24,000 bases of DNA from Gemelliphila palaticanis (GCF_013415235.1 NZ_JACBYF010000001.1), one strand, 5' to 3'; positions 11,680 through 19,640 are shown, numbered from the stretch's first letter. The notes: generated from the sequence alone by a model not told the origin. Made by a program: numbers and translations.

Positions 11680-11706
11680 AGGTTATGGAGTTCCCCCCCA
11701 TAACCT
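11680..11706 (-). other. Intra-operon hairpin between ulaB and ulaC
   Basis: Minus strand AGGTTATGG-GGGGAACT(C)-CCATAACCT followed by the weak tail TTTAAATTAG. Confidence 0.6.
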
Positions 11707-11717
11707 CCTCTTGTATA

Positions 11718-11996
11718 TTAAAGTACTGCTTTTAATTTTTCAGTAATTTCATTATCGTCCATTAGATTGTCTAATCCAACTAATTTTCCTTGTGTTCTTC
11801 CTTCTACTTCATGTATTAAGTGTTGAGAAGCTACTACTATATCATAGCTACCAGCTACTCCCTTCGCTTCCCCCACACTACAAAAATCTACTTGGAATCC
11901 ATTTACTTCTAGTTTACGTAATGCATTTTCTATTTTCATTTTTATTACCATACTAGAACCCATTCCATTTCCACACGCTGCTAATACTTTTAACAT
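11718..11996 (-). CDS. ulaB: Ascorbate-specific PTS EIIB component
   Basis: MLKVLAACGNGMGSSMVIKMKIENALRKL, a classical IIB phosphocysteine motif. GGGAGG RBS before ATG 11996. Confidence 0.94.
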   Translation of the reverse strand: MLKVLAACGNGMGSSMVIKMKIENALRKLEVNGFQVDFCSVGEAKGVAGSYDIVVASQHLIHEVEGRTQGKLVGLDNLMDDNEITEKLKAVL

Positions 11997-12047
11997 AATT
12001 TTTTTCCTCCCAAATGTATACAATTTATATAATTTTTTACAAACTTA

Positions 12048-13508
12048 TTAGTTATTTCCTTCTGCTCTAAAATATGCTTCTTTATCTTTTGCTCTAGCAT
12101 ATTGTAATTGTGGTATTACTATTAATATTATTGCTACTAAAGCAATTCCCACATATCCTATATTTTTCATTATGAATCCAAAGAATGGCCAAGCTGTTGC
12201 AAAGTCTATATTTCCGTGCCATCCACCTGCTAATTGGAATAATCCTACTGCTGCTGCTCCACCTAGTACTTGAAGAACTCCACAAATTGCAGTAACTATA
12301 ACTGCTGCTTTAACTCCTCCTCGTTTATCTGCATAAACTGCAAGAGTAGCATTATCAAAGAATACCGGAACGAATCCTGTAATTATAAGTATAGGTGACT
12401 TAAATACTACTAATAGAGTAATCATTGTTAACTGAGCTACTAACCCTGTTGCAAATCCGAATAAAATAGCATTTGGATGTGCAAAGTTGTATGATGCTGC
12501 ACAGTCTACAGCTGGTAATGATCCAGGTAATAATCTGCTTGATATACCTTGGAAAGCTTGAGTAAGTTCTGTAACGAACATTCTTACCCCCATCATTAAT
12601 ATTGCAAGATATACAGAGAATTTTAATGATGTTGATAAAATATAAGTTCCATACCATACTTTTTTATCAAATAAAACTCCCGCTACTGCTTTATCACCTG
12701 TTAGTTCTACTAATTTTGGATCTGACATTAAATCTGGCCCTAAGAAAAGTAATATCGCTCCGAAAAAGAATAGCATTAAAGTACCTGTAGCTACAACGTT
12801 ATCATGGAATATTGATAATGCTTTTGGTAATTTAATATCAGCTACTCTCTTATTAGGATTTCCTACTTTAGCAGCTATTTTATCTGCAACCCAGATTGAA
12901 AACATTTGCTGATGACCAATAGCAAATCCTGAATTGTTAGTTAATCTTTGTGTTGGTTCAACTGTTAAATTAGAACCTGCTCCCCAATAAAGTCCTACAA
13001 GTAACCCTACTAAAACTGTTCCTGTTGTATTTCTAAGTTCAGGAAATACTGAAAACATAATCCATGTAACAGTTGTAGCTTGTTGTAACATAACATGTCC
13101 TGTAATAAATAGAGACCTTACTTTAGTAACTTTTCTAAATATAATTAATGTTATGTTAACTGCAAAACCTATACATAAAGCTATCATTGTATTTGAAGCA
13201 GATTGTCCTATTCCTTTTAATGCAGAGTTTACAGCTGCTAATCCGAAATAAGGGTCAATAACTGCTGCATCTATTTCAAATTTAACTTTAAGTGCTGCAA
13301 GTATAGGTCTAAATGTCGTTACAAGACCTCCAGCCCCTACAGAAAGAATCATAAAACCAACAGTAGCTTTTAAAAACCCTGCAAAGCTATCATAAATAGG
13401 TTTTTTTAATAGCATATAACCTACAAATACTATTATACCTATAAAGAATTCTGGTTTAGTAAGTATATTAGTTACAAACCAGCTTAATACTTTTAATAAT
13501 ACATCCAT
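12048..13508 (-). CDS. ulaA: Ascorbate-specific PTS EIIC component (UlaA/SgaT family)
   Basis: Polytopic membrane protein with VGYMLLKKPIYDSFAGFLKATVGFMILSVGAGGLV, RSLFITGHVMLQQATT, PAVDCAASYNFAHPNAILFGF. Adjacent to ulaBC. Confidence 0.96.
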   Translation of the reverse strand: MDVLLKVLSWFVTNILTKPEFFIGIIVFVGYMLLKKPIYDSFAGFLKATVGFMILSVGAGGLVTTFRPILAALKVKFEIDAAVIDPYFGLAAVNSALKGIGQSASNTMIALCIGFAVNITLIIFRKVTKVRSLFITGHVMLQQATTVTWIMFSVFPELRNTTGTVLVGLLVGLYWGAGSNLTVEPTQRLTNNSGFAIGHQQMFSIWVADKIAAKVGNPNKRVADIKLPKALSIFHDNVVATGTLMLFFFGAILLFLGPDLMSDPKLVELTGDKAVAGVLFDKKVWYGTYILSTSLKFSVYLAILMMGVRMFVTELTQAFQGISSRLLPGSLPAVDCAASYNFAHPNAILFGFATGLVAQLTMITLLVVFKSPILIITGFVPVFFDNATLAVYADKRGGVKAAVIVTAICGVLQVLGGAAAVGLFQLAGGWHGNIDFATAWPFFGFIMKNIGYVGIALVAIILIVIPQLQYARAKDKEAYFRAEGNN

Positions 13509-13612
13509 GTATTACATCCTCCTTAATTTAATTTTAAAAAATGAATGTTTCGATTACATATTTTATTTTATATTAAGTTTAAAAATAAAAAAATACCAAT
13601 TAAGTAACAGAT

Positions 13613-13723
13613 ATATGTACAATTTTTATTTAATAACATTTGTATATTATCAAAAAATATCATTATATAGTAGAAAAAATTAAAAAATTATTTTTTCAAA
13701 ATGTGTACAATACTTTGTACAAT
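13613..13723. promoter_or_regulatory. Candidate regulator-binding repeats in the ulaA/ulaG divergent intergenic region
   Basis: GTACAAT occurs at about 13618, 13705 and 13717. The latter two give GTGTACAATACTTTGTACAAT, a 12-nt-period direct repeat just upstream of the ulaG promoter region. Confidence 0.45.
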
Positions 13724-13807
13724 AATTGGACTTTTTTTAAAAGTTCTTATGAAATATACTTAAGTTAACAAACGATGTAAATTAATATAAAAATGGAGGA
13801 CAATTAT

Positions 13808-14899
13808 ATGTCAAAAGTAAATGAGATAACTAGAGAATCTTGGATTCTTAGCACATTTCCAGAATGGGGAACTTGGCTTAACGAAGAAATAGAAAGTGAA
13901 GTAGTTCCTGAAGGTAACTTTGCTATGTGGTGGCTAGGATGTGTAGGAGTTTGGATTAAAACTCCTGGTGGTGCAAATATTTGTATGGATTTATGGTGTA
14001 GCCGTGGTAAAAGTACTAAAAAAGTTAAAGACATGGTTAGAGGACACCAAATGGCTAACATGGCTGGAGTTAGAAAACTTCAACCTAACTTACGTGCACA
14101 ACCTATGGTGTTAGACCCATTCGCTATTAATGAAGTTGATTTTATTCTTGCATCTCACTACCATAGTGACCATATAGATGTAAATGTAGCTGCTGCTATA
14201 GTAAATAATCCTAATCTTGATCACGTTAAATTTGTAGGTCCTTGGCATTGTACTGAACTATGGAAAAAATGGGGAGTACCTGAAGAAAGACTTATCACTG
14301 TTAAACCTGGAGATGTAGTTAAAATAAAAGATGTAGAAATACATGCTCTAGACTCATTCGATAGAACATGTTTAGTTACTCTTCCTGTAGAAGGAGCTGA
14401 GGCTCAAGGTGGAGAATTAGCTGGTCTTTGCCCATCTGATGAAGAAATGGGAAGAAAAGCAGTAAACTACGTATTTAAAACTCCTGGTGGAAATATTTAT
14501 CACGGTGCTGACTCTCACTATTCTATTCAATTTGCTAAACACGGTAAAGAGTTCGATATAGATGTAGCACTTAATAATTACGGAGAAAATCCTGTAGGTA
14601 TAGCAGATAAAATGACTTCTATAGATCTTCTTAGAATGGCTGAATGTCTAAGAACTAATGTTATAATTCCTGTTCATCATGATATATGGACTAACTTTAT
14701 GGCAAGTACTCAAGAGATAATTGATTTATGGAGAATGAGAAAAGATAGATTACAATATAAATTCCATCCATTTATTTGGGAAGTTGGTGGAAAATATGTT
14801 TATCCACAAGATAAAGATTTAATTGAATATCACCACCCACGTGGATTTGATGATTGCTTCGAGCAAGAGCCTAACATCCAATTCAAATCAATGCTATAA
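13808..14899 (+). CDS. ulaG: L-ascorbate-6-phosphate lactonase (metallo-beta-lactamase fold)
   Basis: [39 protein letters not shown] metal-binding motif, [21 protein letters not shown] before ATG 13808. Confidence 0.97.
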   Translation: MSKVNEITRESWILSTFPEWGTWLNEEIESEVVPEGNFAMWWLGCVGVWIKTPGGANICMDLWCSRGKSTKKVKDMVRGHQMANMAGVRKLQPNLRAQPMVLDPFAINEVDFILASHYHSDHIDVNVAAAIVNNPNLDHVKFVGPWHCTELWKKWGVPEERLITVKPGDVVKIKDVEIHALDSFDRTCLVTLPVEGAEAQGGELAGLCPSDEEMGRKAVNYVFKTPGGNIYHGADSHYSIQFAKHGKEFDIDVALNNYGENPVGIADKMTSIDLLRMAECLRTNVIIPVHHDIWTNFMASTQEIIDLWRMRKDRLQYKFHPFIWEVGGKYVYPQDKDLIEYHHPRGFDDCFEQEPNIQFKSML

Positions 14900-14902
14900 A
14901 AT

Positions 14903-14942
14903 AAAATCTTATGCAACAAAATGAAGTTGCATAAGATTTTTT
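14903..14942. terminator. Bidirectional terminator between ulaG and the permease gene
   Basis: AAAATCTTATGCAAC-N8-GTTGCATAAGATTTTTT, 15-bp perfect stem with T/A tracts on both sides. Confidence 0.9.
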
Positions 14943-14966
14943 GTTTGTTTAATTATCTATTAACTA

Positions 14967-16286
14967 TTATTTCTTTGGCTCAGGTATTATTTTATTCATT
15001 ATAATAGCTACAATTGCTCCTATTGCTATCGGTGAACCAAGTAAATATTGTACCATATGAGGAGTCGATTCTACAACTTCTTTAGGTATAAATAATAATC
15101 CTATAGCAAAAATTAGTGGTAATCCTATGATATATAATTCTCTTTCATTAAATTCTGCATTTTTTACTACTCTAAAACCATTAAGCATTATTATCATACA
15201 AACTACAGCAAAAACTCCTCCTATTACTGCCGATGGGATAGAATTAATAATTGCTGCTAATTTTCCTAAAAATGAAAGTAATATAAACCAACCAGATGCA
15301 AAAATAAAAACTTTTTTACTCGCAATACCTGTTATAGAAATAATACCTGCATTTGTTGAATATCCTGTTACTGGAGTTGATCCTACTAGCGCAGAAACTA
15401 AACAACCAACACCTTCACCTATAACTCCTTTATTAACTTGAGTATCTGTCAAAGGTTCATTTATTACCGAACTAACTGCATACCACGTACCTGTAGTTTC
15501 TGCTAATAAAACCATATAAATAACAATCATAGTTAAAATAGCTGCTCCATTAAAACTAATATCATAATTTATAAAAGCAAATTTAGGAAAACTGAAGAAA
15601 CTTGCTTCTGATATAGCTTTTGTACTAAATCCTCCCATCAAATAAGCAGAAAATGTTCCTGCACCTAATGCTAAAATTACAGAACTAATTTGTAACAATC
15701 TACTATATTTTTTAAAATATGTTCCTATCGTAGAGAATAAAACTAAAGTAGTGGCTGTTATCAATGCTAATGTAATATTTTGATTAATTGATAGAGTTTC
15801 ACTGGCAACATAAATATTACTATTAAATGCTGCGGGTAACAAAGTTAAACCTACAATCATTATTATTGTTCCACTTACTATAGAAGGAATATAGTTTCGA
15901 ACTATATATTTATATATACCTGAAAAACCTAGTAAAATAACTAGTAAAGCGCCAATAATACTAGCCCCTAAAACACTACCCATTCCATTTGAGCCGATAT
16001 ATATTCCTATAATTGCTCCAATTGGTACAAATGAAGGACCTTGACAAACAGGAAGTTTTAAATAAAACAATACTTGAATAAGTGATGCTAACCCTGCTGC
16101 TAAAAATGTTGATTGAATAAGTCCAGTAGCATCTCCTGCAGTCATAGCTAACGCTGTTGCAATAATAAATGGTGGTACGTAAATATCCATAGCTAAAACA
16201 TGCTGTAAACCTAAAATTGATGCTTGTGAAAATGGTATATTATCGTTAACTCCAATTGTTAAATTATTTTTTCTTCTATTACTCAT
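14967..16286 (-). CDS. Nucleobase:cation symporter-2 family permease (uracil/xanthine/uric acid type; probably purine)
   Basis: NCS2 signatures: LGLQHVLAMD, GPSFVPIGAI, VGSTPVTGYSTNAGIISITGIASKKV. 12 nt downstream of guanine deaminase. Confidence 0.9.
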   Translation of the reverse strand: MSNRRKNNLTIGVNDNIPFSQASILGLQHVLAMDIYVPPFIIATALAMTAGDATGLIQSTFLAAGLASLIQVLFYLKLPVCQGPSFVPIGAIIGIYIGSNGMGSVLGASIIGALLVILLGFSGIYKYIVRNYIPSIVSGTIIMIVGLTLLPAAFNSNIYVASETLSINQNITLALITATTLVLFSTIGTYFKKYSRLLQISSVILALGAGTFSAYLMGGFSTKAISEASFFSFPKFAFINYDISFNGAAILTMIVIYMVLLAETTGTWYAVSSVINEPLTDTQVNKGVIGEGVGCLVSALVGSTPVTGYSTNAGIISITGIASKKVFIFASGWFILLSFLGKLAAIINSIPSAVIGGVFAVVCMIIMLNGFRVVKNAEFNERELYIIGLPLIFAIGLLFIPKEVVESTPHMVQYLLGSPIAIGAIVAIIMNKIIPEPKK

Positions 16287-16298
16287 AATTGCCCCCTT

Positions 16299-17663
16299 TT
16301 ATTTTTTATGAACTAAATTACCTTGTACGTAAACTTCTTTTATATTTTCTACTGTTGCTAAATAAATAATCTTTTGTAATAGATGCTCTTTTTTAGGAAA
16401 TACACCAAAGTCAGATAAAATATTATTTTTAGCTTTTGTATCAATTACCTGCAAATCACATATATACCCTTTTTCAATCTTACCTAAAGGTAATTGTAGT
16501 GATTCTCCTCCTCCTGTAGTTGCTAAATAAAATGCTTCAATTACTGATATACGTGAATTAGAAACACCTCTTTCACAACTACATTTTTTAGCATCTACTC
16601 CATCTTCTAACATACGAGATACCATAACTGCATGTCTTATATTCTCATATAAACTAGGAGAAAAACCTCCTGAAATGTCAGTTCCTAAACCAATATCAAC
16701 ACCTTGAGATTTAAGTCTTTTTACTGGTAATACTGCATTAGCAAAGTAAGAGTTTGAAATAGGACAATGCCCCACAGCAGTTCCTGTTTTCGCAAATATT
16801 TCTCCATCTTCTTCATTAAGAAAATTACAATGTGCCATAACTGATTTTTTCCCTAGAAGTCCAAATTTTTCAAGAACTTCTGTATCACGTTTACCGAATC
16901 TTTCTTTTACAAAGTCATGCTCCCATTGTCCTTCACTACAATGTGATTGTACATAAGTATTATATTTTTTAGCTAGCTTTCCTAAGCCAAGTAGGGCTTC
17001 ATCTGTGCAACTAGGAACAAATCGTGGAGTAATTACTGGATAAACTCCTTGAATACAATTTTCTGCTACTTTTTTTACATCTAAAATAAATTTTTCTGTA
17101 TTATCAAGTGCTTCAGAAGTAGATTTATCTCTATAAAAATCAGGATTCATAACAGGATCATCCATTACTACTTTTCCTACTAAGCCTCGTTGTCCTAATT
17201 TAGCACAAATTTTTGCTAATTCTAGACTAGCTTCATTATGAATAGTTGCAAAATACATTGCTGTTGTAGTTCCTCGAGCTAAATATTGCGTAACTAAATC
17301 TGTATAAACTTCTCTAGCAAAATTAATATCAGAATACTTTGCTTCTAATGGAAATGTACATTCATCTAACCAAACATTTAATGGTTCATCTAATGCCATT
17401 CCTGCTTGTGGCCATTGAGGAGCATGAACATGAAGATCTACAAAACCTGGTAAAAAATATTCTCCATCAGATAATTCTACAAATTCATAATTATTTTTTG
17501 CATAAATTAATTCTTCTTCATAATTTTTATTATCTTTATTTACTATTTCACTTATAATTCCATTTGAATCAACTTTTATAAGTACATCTTCTAAAAACTC
17601 TAGTTTGCCATATTCTTTTGTGTGAAATGCTGAGCCTTTAAAAGCTTTTTTTATAGTATTCAT
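16299..17663 (-). CDS. guaD: Guanine deaminase
   Basis: Amidohydrolase family: PGFVDLHVHAPQWPQAGMALDEPLNVWLDECTFPLE, SHCSEGQWEHDFV, VMAHCNFLNEED, GLGTDISGGFSPS. Confidence 0.95.
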   Translation of the reverse strand: MNTIKKAFKGSAFHTKEYGKLEFLEDVLIKVDSNGIISEIVNKDNKNYEEELIYAKNNYEFVELSDGEYFLPGFVDLHVHAPQWPQAGMALDEPLNVWLDECTFPLEAKYSDINFAREVYTDLVTQYLARGTTTAMYFATIHNEASLELAKICAKLGQRGLVGKVVMDDPVMNPDFYRDKSTSEALDNTEKFILDVKKVAENCIQGVYPVITPRFVPSCTDEALLGLGKLAKKYNTYVQSHCSEGQWEHDFVKERFGKRDTEVLEKFGLLGKKSVMAHCNFLNEEDGEIFAKTGTAVGHCPISNSYFANAVLPVKRLKSQGVDIGLGTDISGGFSPSLYENIRHAVMVSRMLEDGVDAKKCSCERGVSNSRISVIEAFYLATTGGGESLQLPLGKIEKGYICDLQVIDTKAKNNILSDFGVFPKKEHLLQKIIYLATVENIKEVYVQGNLVHKK

Positions 17664-17692
17664 AATTACCTCCTTGTGGTTTTATATTCGTT

Positions 17693-17721
17693 ATTTTAAC
17701 ATATATATTAGTTTTTATCAA
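17693..17721 (-). promoter_or_regulatory. Predicted sigma-A promoter of guaD-permease operon
   Basis: Minus strand TTGATA - 17 nt - TAAAAT. Upstream of RBS AAGGAGG and ATG 17663. Confidence 0.7.
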
Positions 17722-17999
17722 CAAATAATTCGTTAATCGATGTATTTTTATTTCTATATGCTAGTCAGCATATTTTTTTAAAACGTTAAAACCGTACTTT
17801 TTCTCGTTGTTTAAAATTAAAAAGACATACTCCTGTTGAATTCAGAAATATGCCCAATACTAATATTTAATTTTTATATCCAATTAATTGGGGTCATCAC
17901 AATAATGCCATCTTATTTTTAAAACAAATATTAAAATTCTCATTGAATAGTATTTTTACAATATAATTAATTTTATAGTAATATTAATAAAAATAACAC

Positions 18000-18536
18000 C
18001 TAAATATAAATATTACTTGTAGTTATTCTTTTTCTTATTTTATCTATCTCGTATTTTAAAGCTGCTCCTTCTCCCCATTTTGCCATAAAATTTTTATAAT
18101 TTATATCCAATTTTATTTTTTGACCATCTTGAAAAATTAGCTCTATAAATTTATTTTTTTTATCTATTAAAACATTGTGGGGATTTAATGAAATAAAATT
18201 CATATTTAACCAAATACTGCCTTCATTATCATTGTTAGTACTTCCAAAAGGTAGCCAAATACTTCCGTATTCATCGTTTACTAATATCGGTATTTTTTTA
18301 TCGCATAAAATAATTTTTTTCGTTTTTTTGCTACAATACGCATAATCATCGTTATTGTATAATTCGCATATAACATTAATTATTTTTGATGGTTTAGAAT
18401 CTATTAATAAAATATCACTATCGTTACAGTATACTTCTGATACAAGTATTCCTAAATTATCATAATAGCATTTTATAGCCATAAAATCATATTTTTTTAA
18501 TAATACCGTTAAATCTTTAGTAGAATAATAATTCAT
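18000..18536 (-). CDS. comK: ComK-like competence transcription factor
   Basis: 178 aa. Central segment KIPILVNDEYGSIWLPFGSTNNDNEGSIWLNMNFISLNPH...IELIFQDGQKIKLDINYKNFMAKWGEGAALKYEIDK matches from memory the conserved ComK core (PPI...+ FFPT.S... + IWLNMHYI... + VTF.N...I.L.VSY.S...Q...). RBS GAGGTGAG upstream. Confidence 0.7.
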   Translation of the reverse strand: MNYYSTKDLTVLLKKYDFMAIKCYYDNLGILVSEVYCNDSDILLIDSKPSKIINVICELYNNDDYAYCSKKTKKIILCDKKIPILVNDEYGSIWLPFGSTNNDNEGSIWLNMNFISLNPHNVLIDKKNKFIELIFQDGQKIKLDINYKNFMAKWGEGAALKYEIDKIRKRITTSNIYI

Positions 18537-18556
18537 ATATACTCACCTCTACTAAA

Positions 18557-18562
18557 ATTATA
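18557..18562 (-). promoter_or_regulatory. Candidate -10 box (TATAAT) for the comK-like gene
   Basis: TATAAT on the minus strand 21 nt upstream of ATG; no convincing -35, which would fit an activator-dependent promoter. Confidence 0.4.
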
Positions 18563-18592
18563 TCAAAACATATAATTAAATTCTATAAAAAA

Positions 18593-18676
18593 ATAGACGA
18601 GGTTTAAACTAAATTCAAAACATTACTAATATTAATTTTAAAATCTTAATAATGATTTTTTATCTACCTCGTCTAT
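18593..18676 (-). terminator. Long-range terminator-like inverted repeat at the end of the rho...(seleno)protein operon
   Basis: 11-bp perfect inverted repeat ATAGACGAGGT ... ACCTCGTCTAT, with the distal arm followed by TTTTTT on the minus strand. The 62-nt interior contains a secondary CATTA...TAATG pairing. Confidence 0.5.
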
Positions 18677-18689
18677 AAACTATTTTATT

Positions 18690-18980
18690 TTAAAAGAATA
18701 AAGATATACCATGTACTGTAAGTGATTTTAAGAATAAAAATCCTTCCATAGCTATAGTTAAATGTTCTTCTTTTAATTTTACACTCTTATGCACATATAT
18801 TTCTAATTCTTCAGTTGAGAAATGATTATACTCATCTAATTTTTTGGGTTTACCTACTGTCACAGTAGCTACATTTTGAGGTCCGCCTCAACAACTAAAT
18901 GCTTTTACTGATATAGATAATTCTTTTATATTTTTTTTTGATATATATTTTTTTGCATCATCTTCTATTATAAATTTCAT
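18690..18980 (-). CDS. Candidate Cys-Sec motif selenoprotein (HesB/IscA-like small protein, 'CC/Se motif' type) with in-frame UGA at 18888..18890
   Basis: ATG 18980..18978 with GGAG RBS. The frame reads MKFIIEDDAKKYISKKNIKELSISVKAFSC-[UGA]-GGPQNVATVTVGKPKKLDEYNHFSTEELEIYVHKSVKLKEEHLTIAMEGFLFLKSLTVHGISLFF*, ending TAA at 18692..18690. Coordinates confirm start, UGA and stop share one frame (291 nt). Coding character continues after the UGA, and hairpins lie at or just 3' of it. Confidence 0.7.
18851..18891 (-). promoter_or_regulatory. Candidate bacterial SECIS region: two consecutive hairpins at/after the UGA
   Basis: Minus strand: hairpin 1 is TTGAGG-CGGA-CCTCAA (18891..18876), containing the UGA. 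Hairpin 2 is TA-G-CTACTG-TGA-CAGTAG-G-TA (18871..18851), apical loop about 25 nt after the UGA with a G in the loop. Confidence 0.5.
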
Positions 18981-18982
18981 TT

Positions 18983-19630
18983 TTACTCCTTTATAAAATC
19001 TTCATATGTATAATAAATTTTAGTATCATTTTTTAAAGTATAATAAATCATTGTTTTTGCTAAATTTTCTACTTTTATAGGTTTGTAATTAATAAACTTT
19101 CCAAAAAATAAATTTGATAATACTGGTAAAATTTTCATACCAAAACTTTCTAATATTCTATTATCATTTCTTTTAGCTATTAGTAGTGATGGTTGAAATA
19201 TTCTCAAATAATTTATTCTCAATTTTTTTAGACTTTCTTCTAATAAGCCTTTTGTATTAAGATAGAAATTACTACTATTAGAATTTGCCCCTATTGAAGA
19301 TACAATATTAAAACTATTAACTCTATTTTCACACAATTTAGCAACATTTATAATATAAGTATAATCTACTTTAAATTGATTTTCTTTTGTTTTAGCAACT
19401 TTTATAGTAGTCCCTAATGCACAATATACATCAGCGTTATTTAAAATTTCTAAATCAAATTTAATATTTTCAAAATCTATAACAATAGGAATAAAATCAC
19501 CTTTATTCGAAATATTAAGAATAGACTTCCTACCTAAAACATATATTTCACTATATCTAGGCTCTAATAAAATATTTTTTAATAATTCTTTACCTACAGC
19601 TCCTGTAGCACCTAAAATTACTGCTTTCAT
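18983..19630 (-). CDS. NAD(P)-binding Rossmann-fold oxidoreductase/epimerase-like protein
   Basis: MKAVILGATGAVGKELLKNILLEPRYSEIYVLGRKS glycine-rich NAD(P)-binding motif and VYCALGTTIKVAKTKENQFKVDYTYI. Confidence 0.85.
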   Translation of the reverse strand: MKAVILGATGAVGKELLKNILLEPRYSEIYVLGRKSILNISNKGDFIPIVIDFENIKFDLEILNNADVYCALGTTIKVAKTKENQFKVDYTYIINVAKLCENRVNSFNIVSSIGANSNSSNFYLNTKGLLEESLKKLRINYLRIFQPSLLIAKRNDNRILESFGMKILPVLSNLFFGKFINYKPIKVENLAKTMIYYTLKNDTKIYYTYEDFIKE

Positions 19631-19640
19631 AATTATATTT

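Noticed and set aside
13544-13560. Possible CcpA cre site TGTAATCGAAACATTC upstream of ulaA (and ACAAACGATGTAAA near 13770)
   Set aside because: Only partially matches the cre consensus (spacing off by one), so not called.
15127-15441. Antisense/shadow ORFs in permease, guaD, nitroreductase and rho genes (also 17339..17557, 20059..20295, 21040..21306)
   Set aside because: Compositional shadows of real coding frames.
17701-17999. Possible purine riboswitch upstream of guaD
   Set aside because: None of the conserved purine-aptamer loop sequences were found.
18690-18980. Alternative genetic code (UGA = Trp) as explanation of the internal UGA
   Set aside because: All other long CDSs here use TGG for Trp and stay open without any UGA reassignment; this is a lone UGA placed next to a Cys codon.
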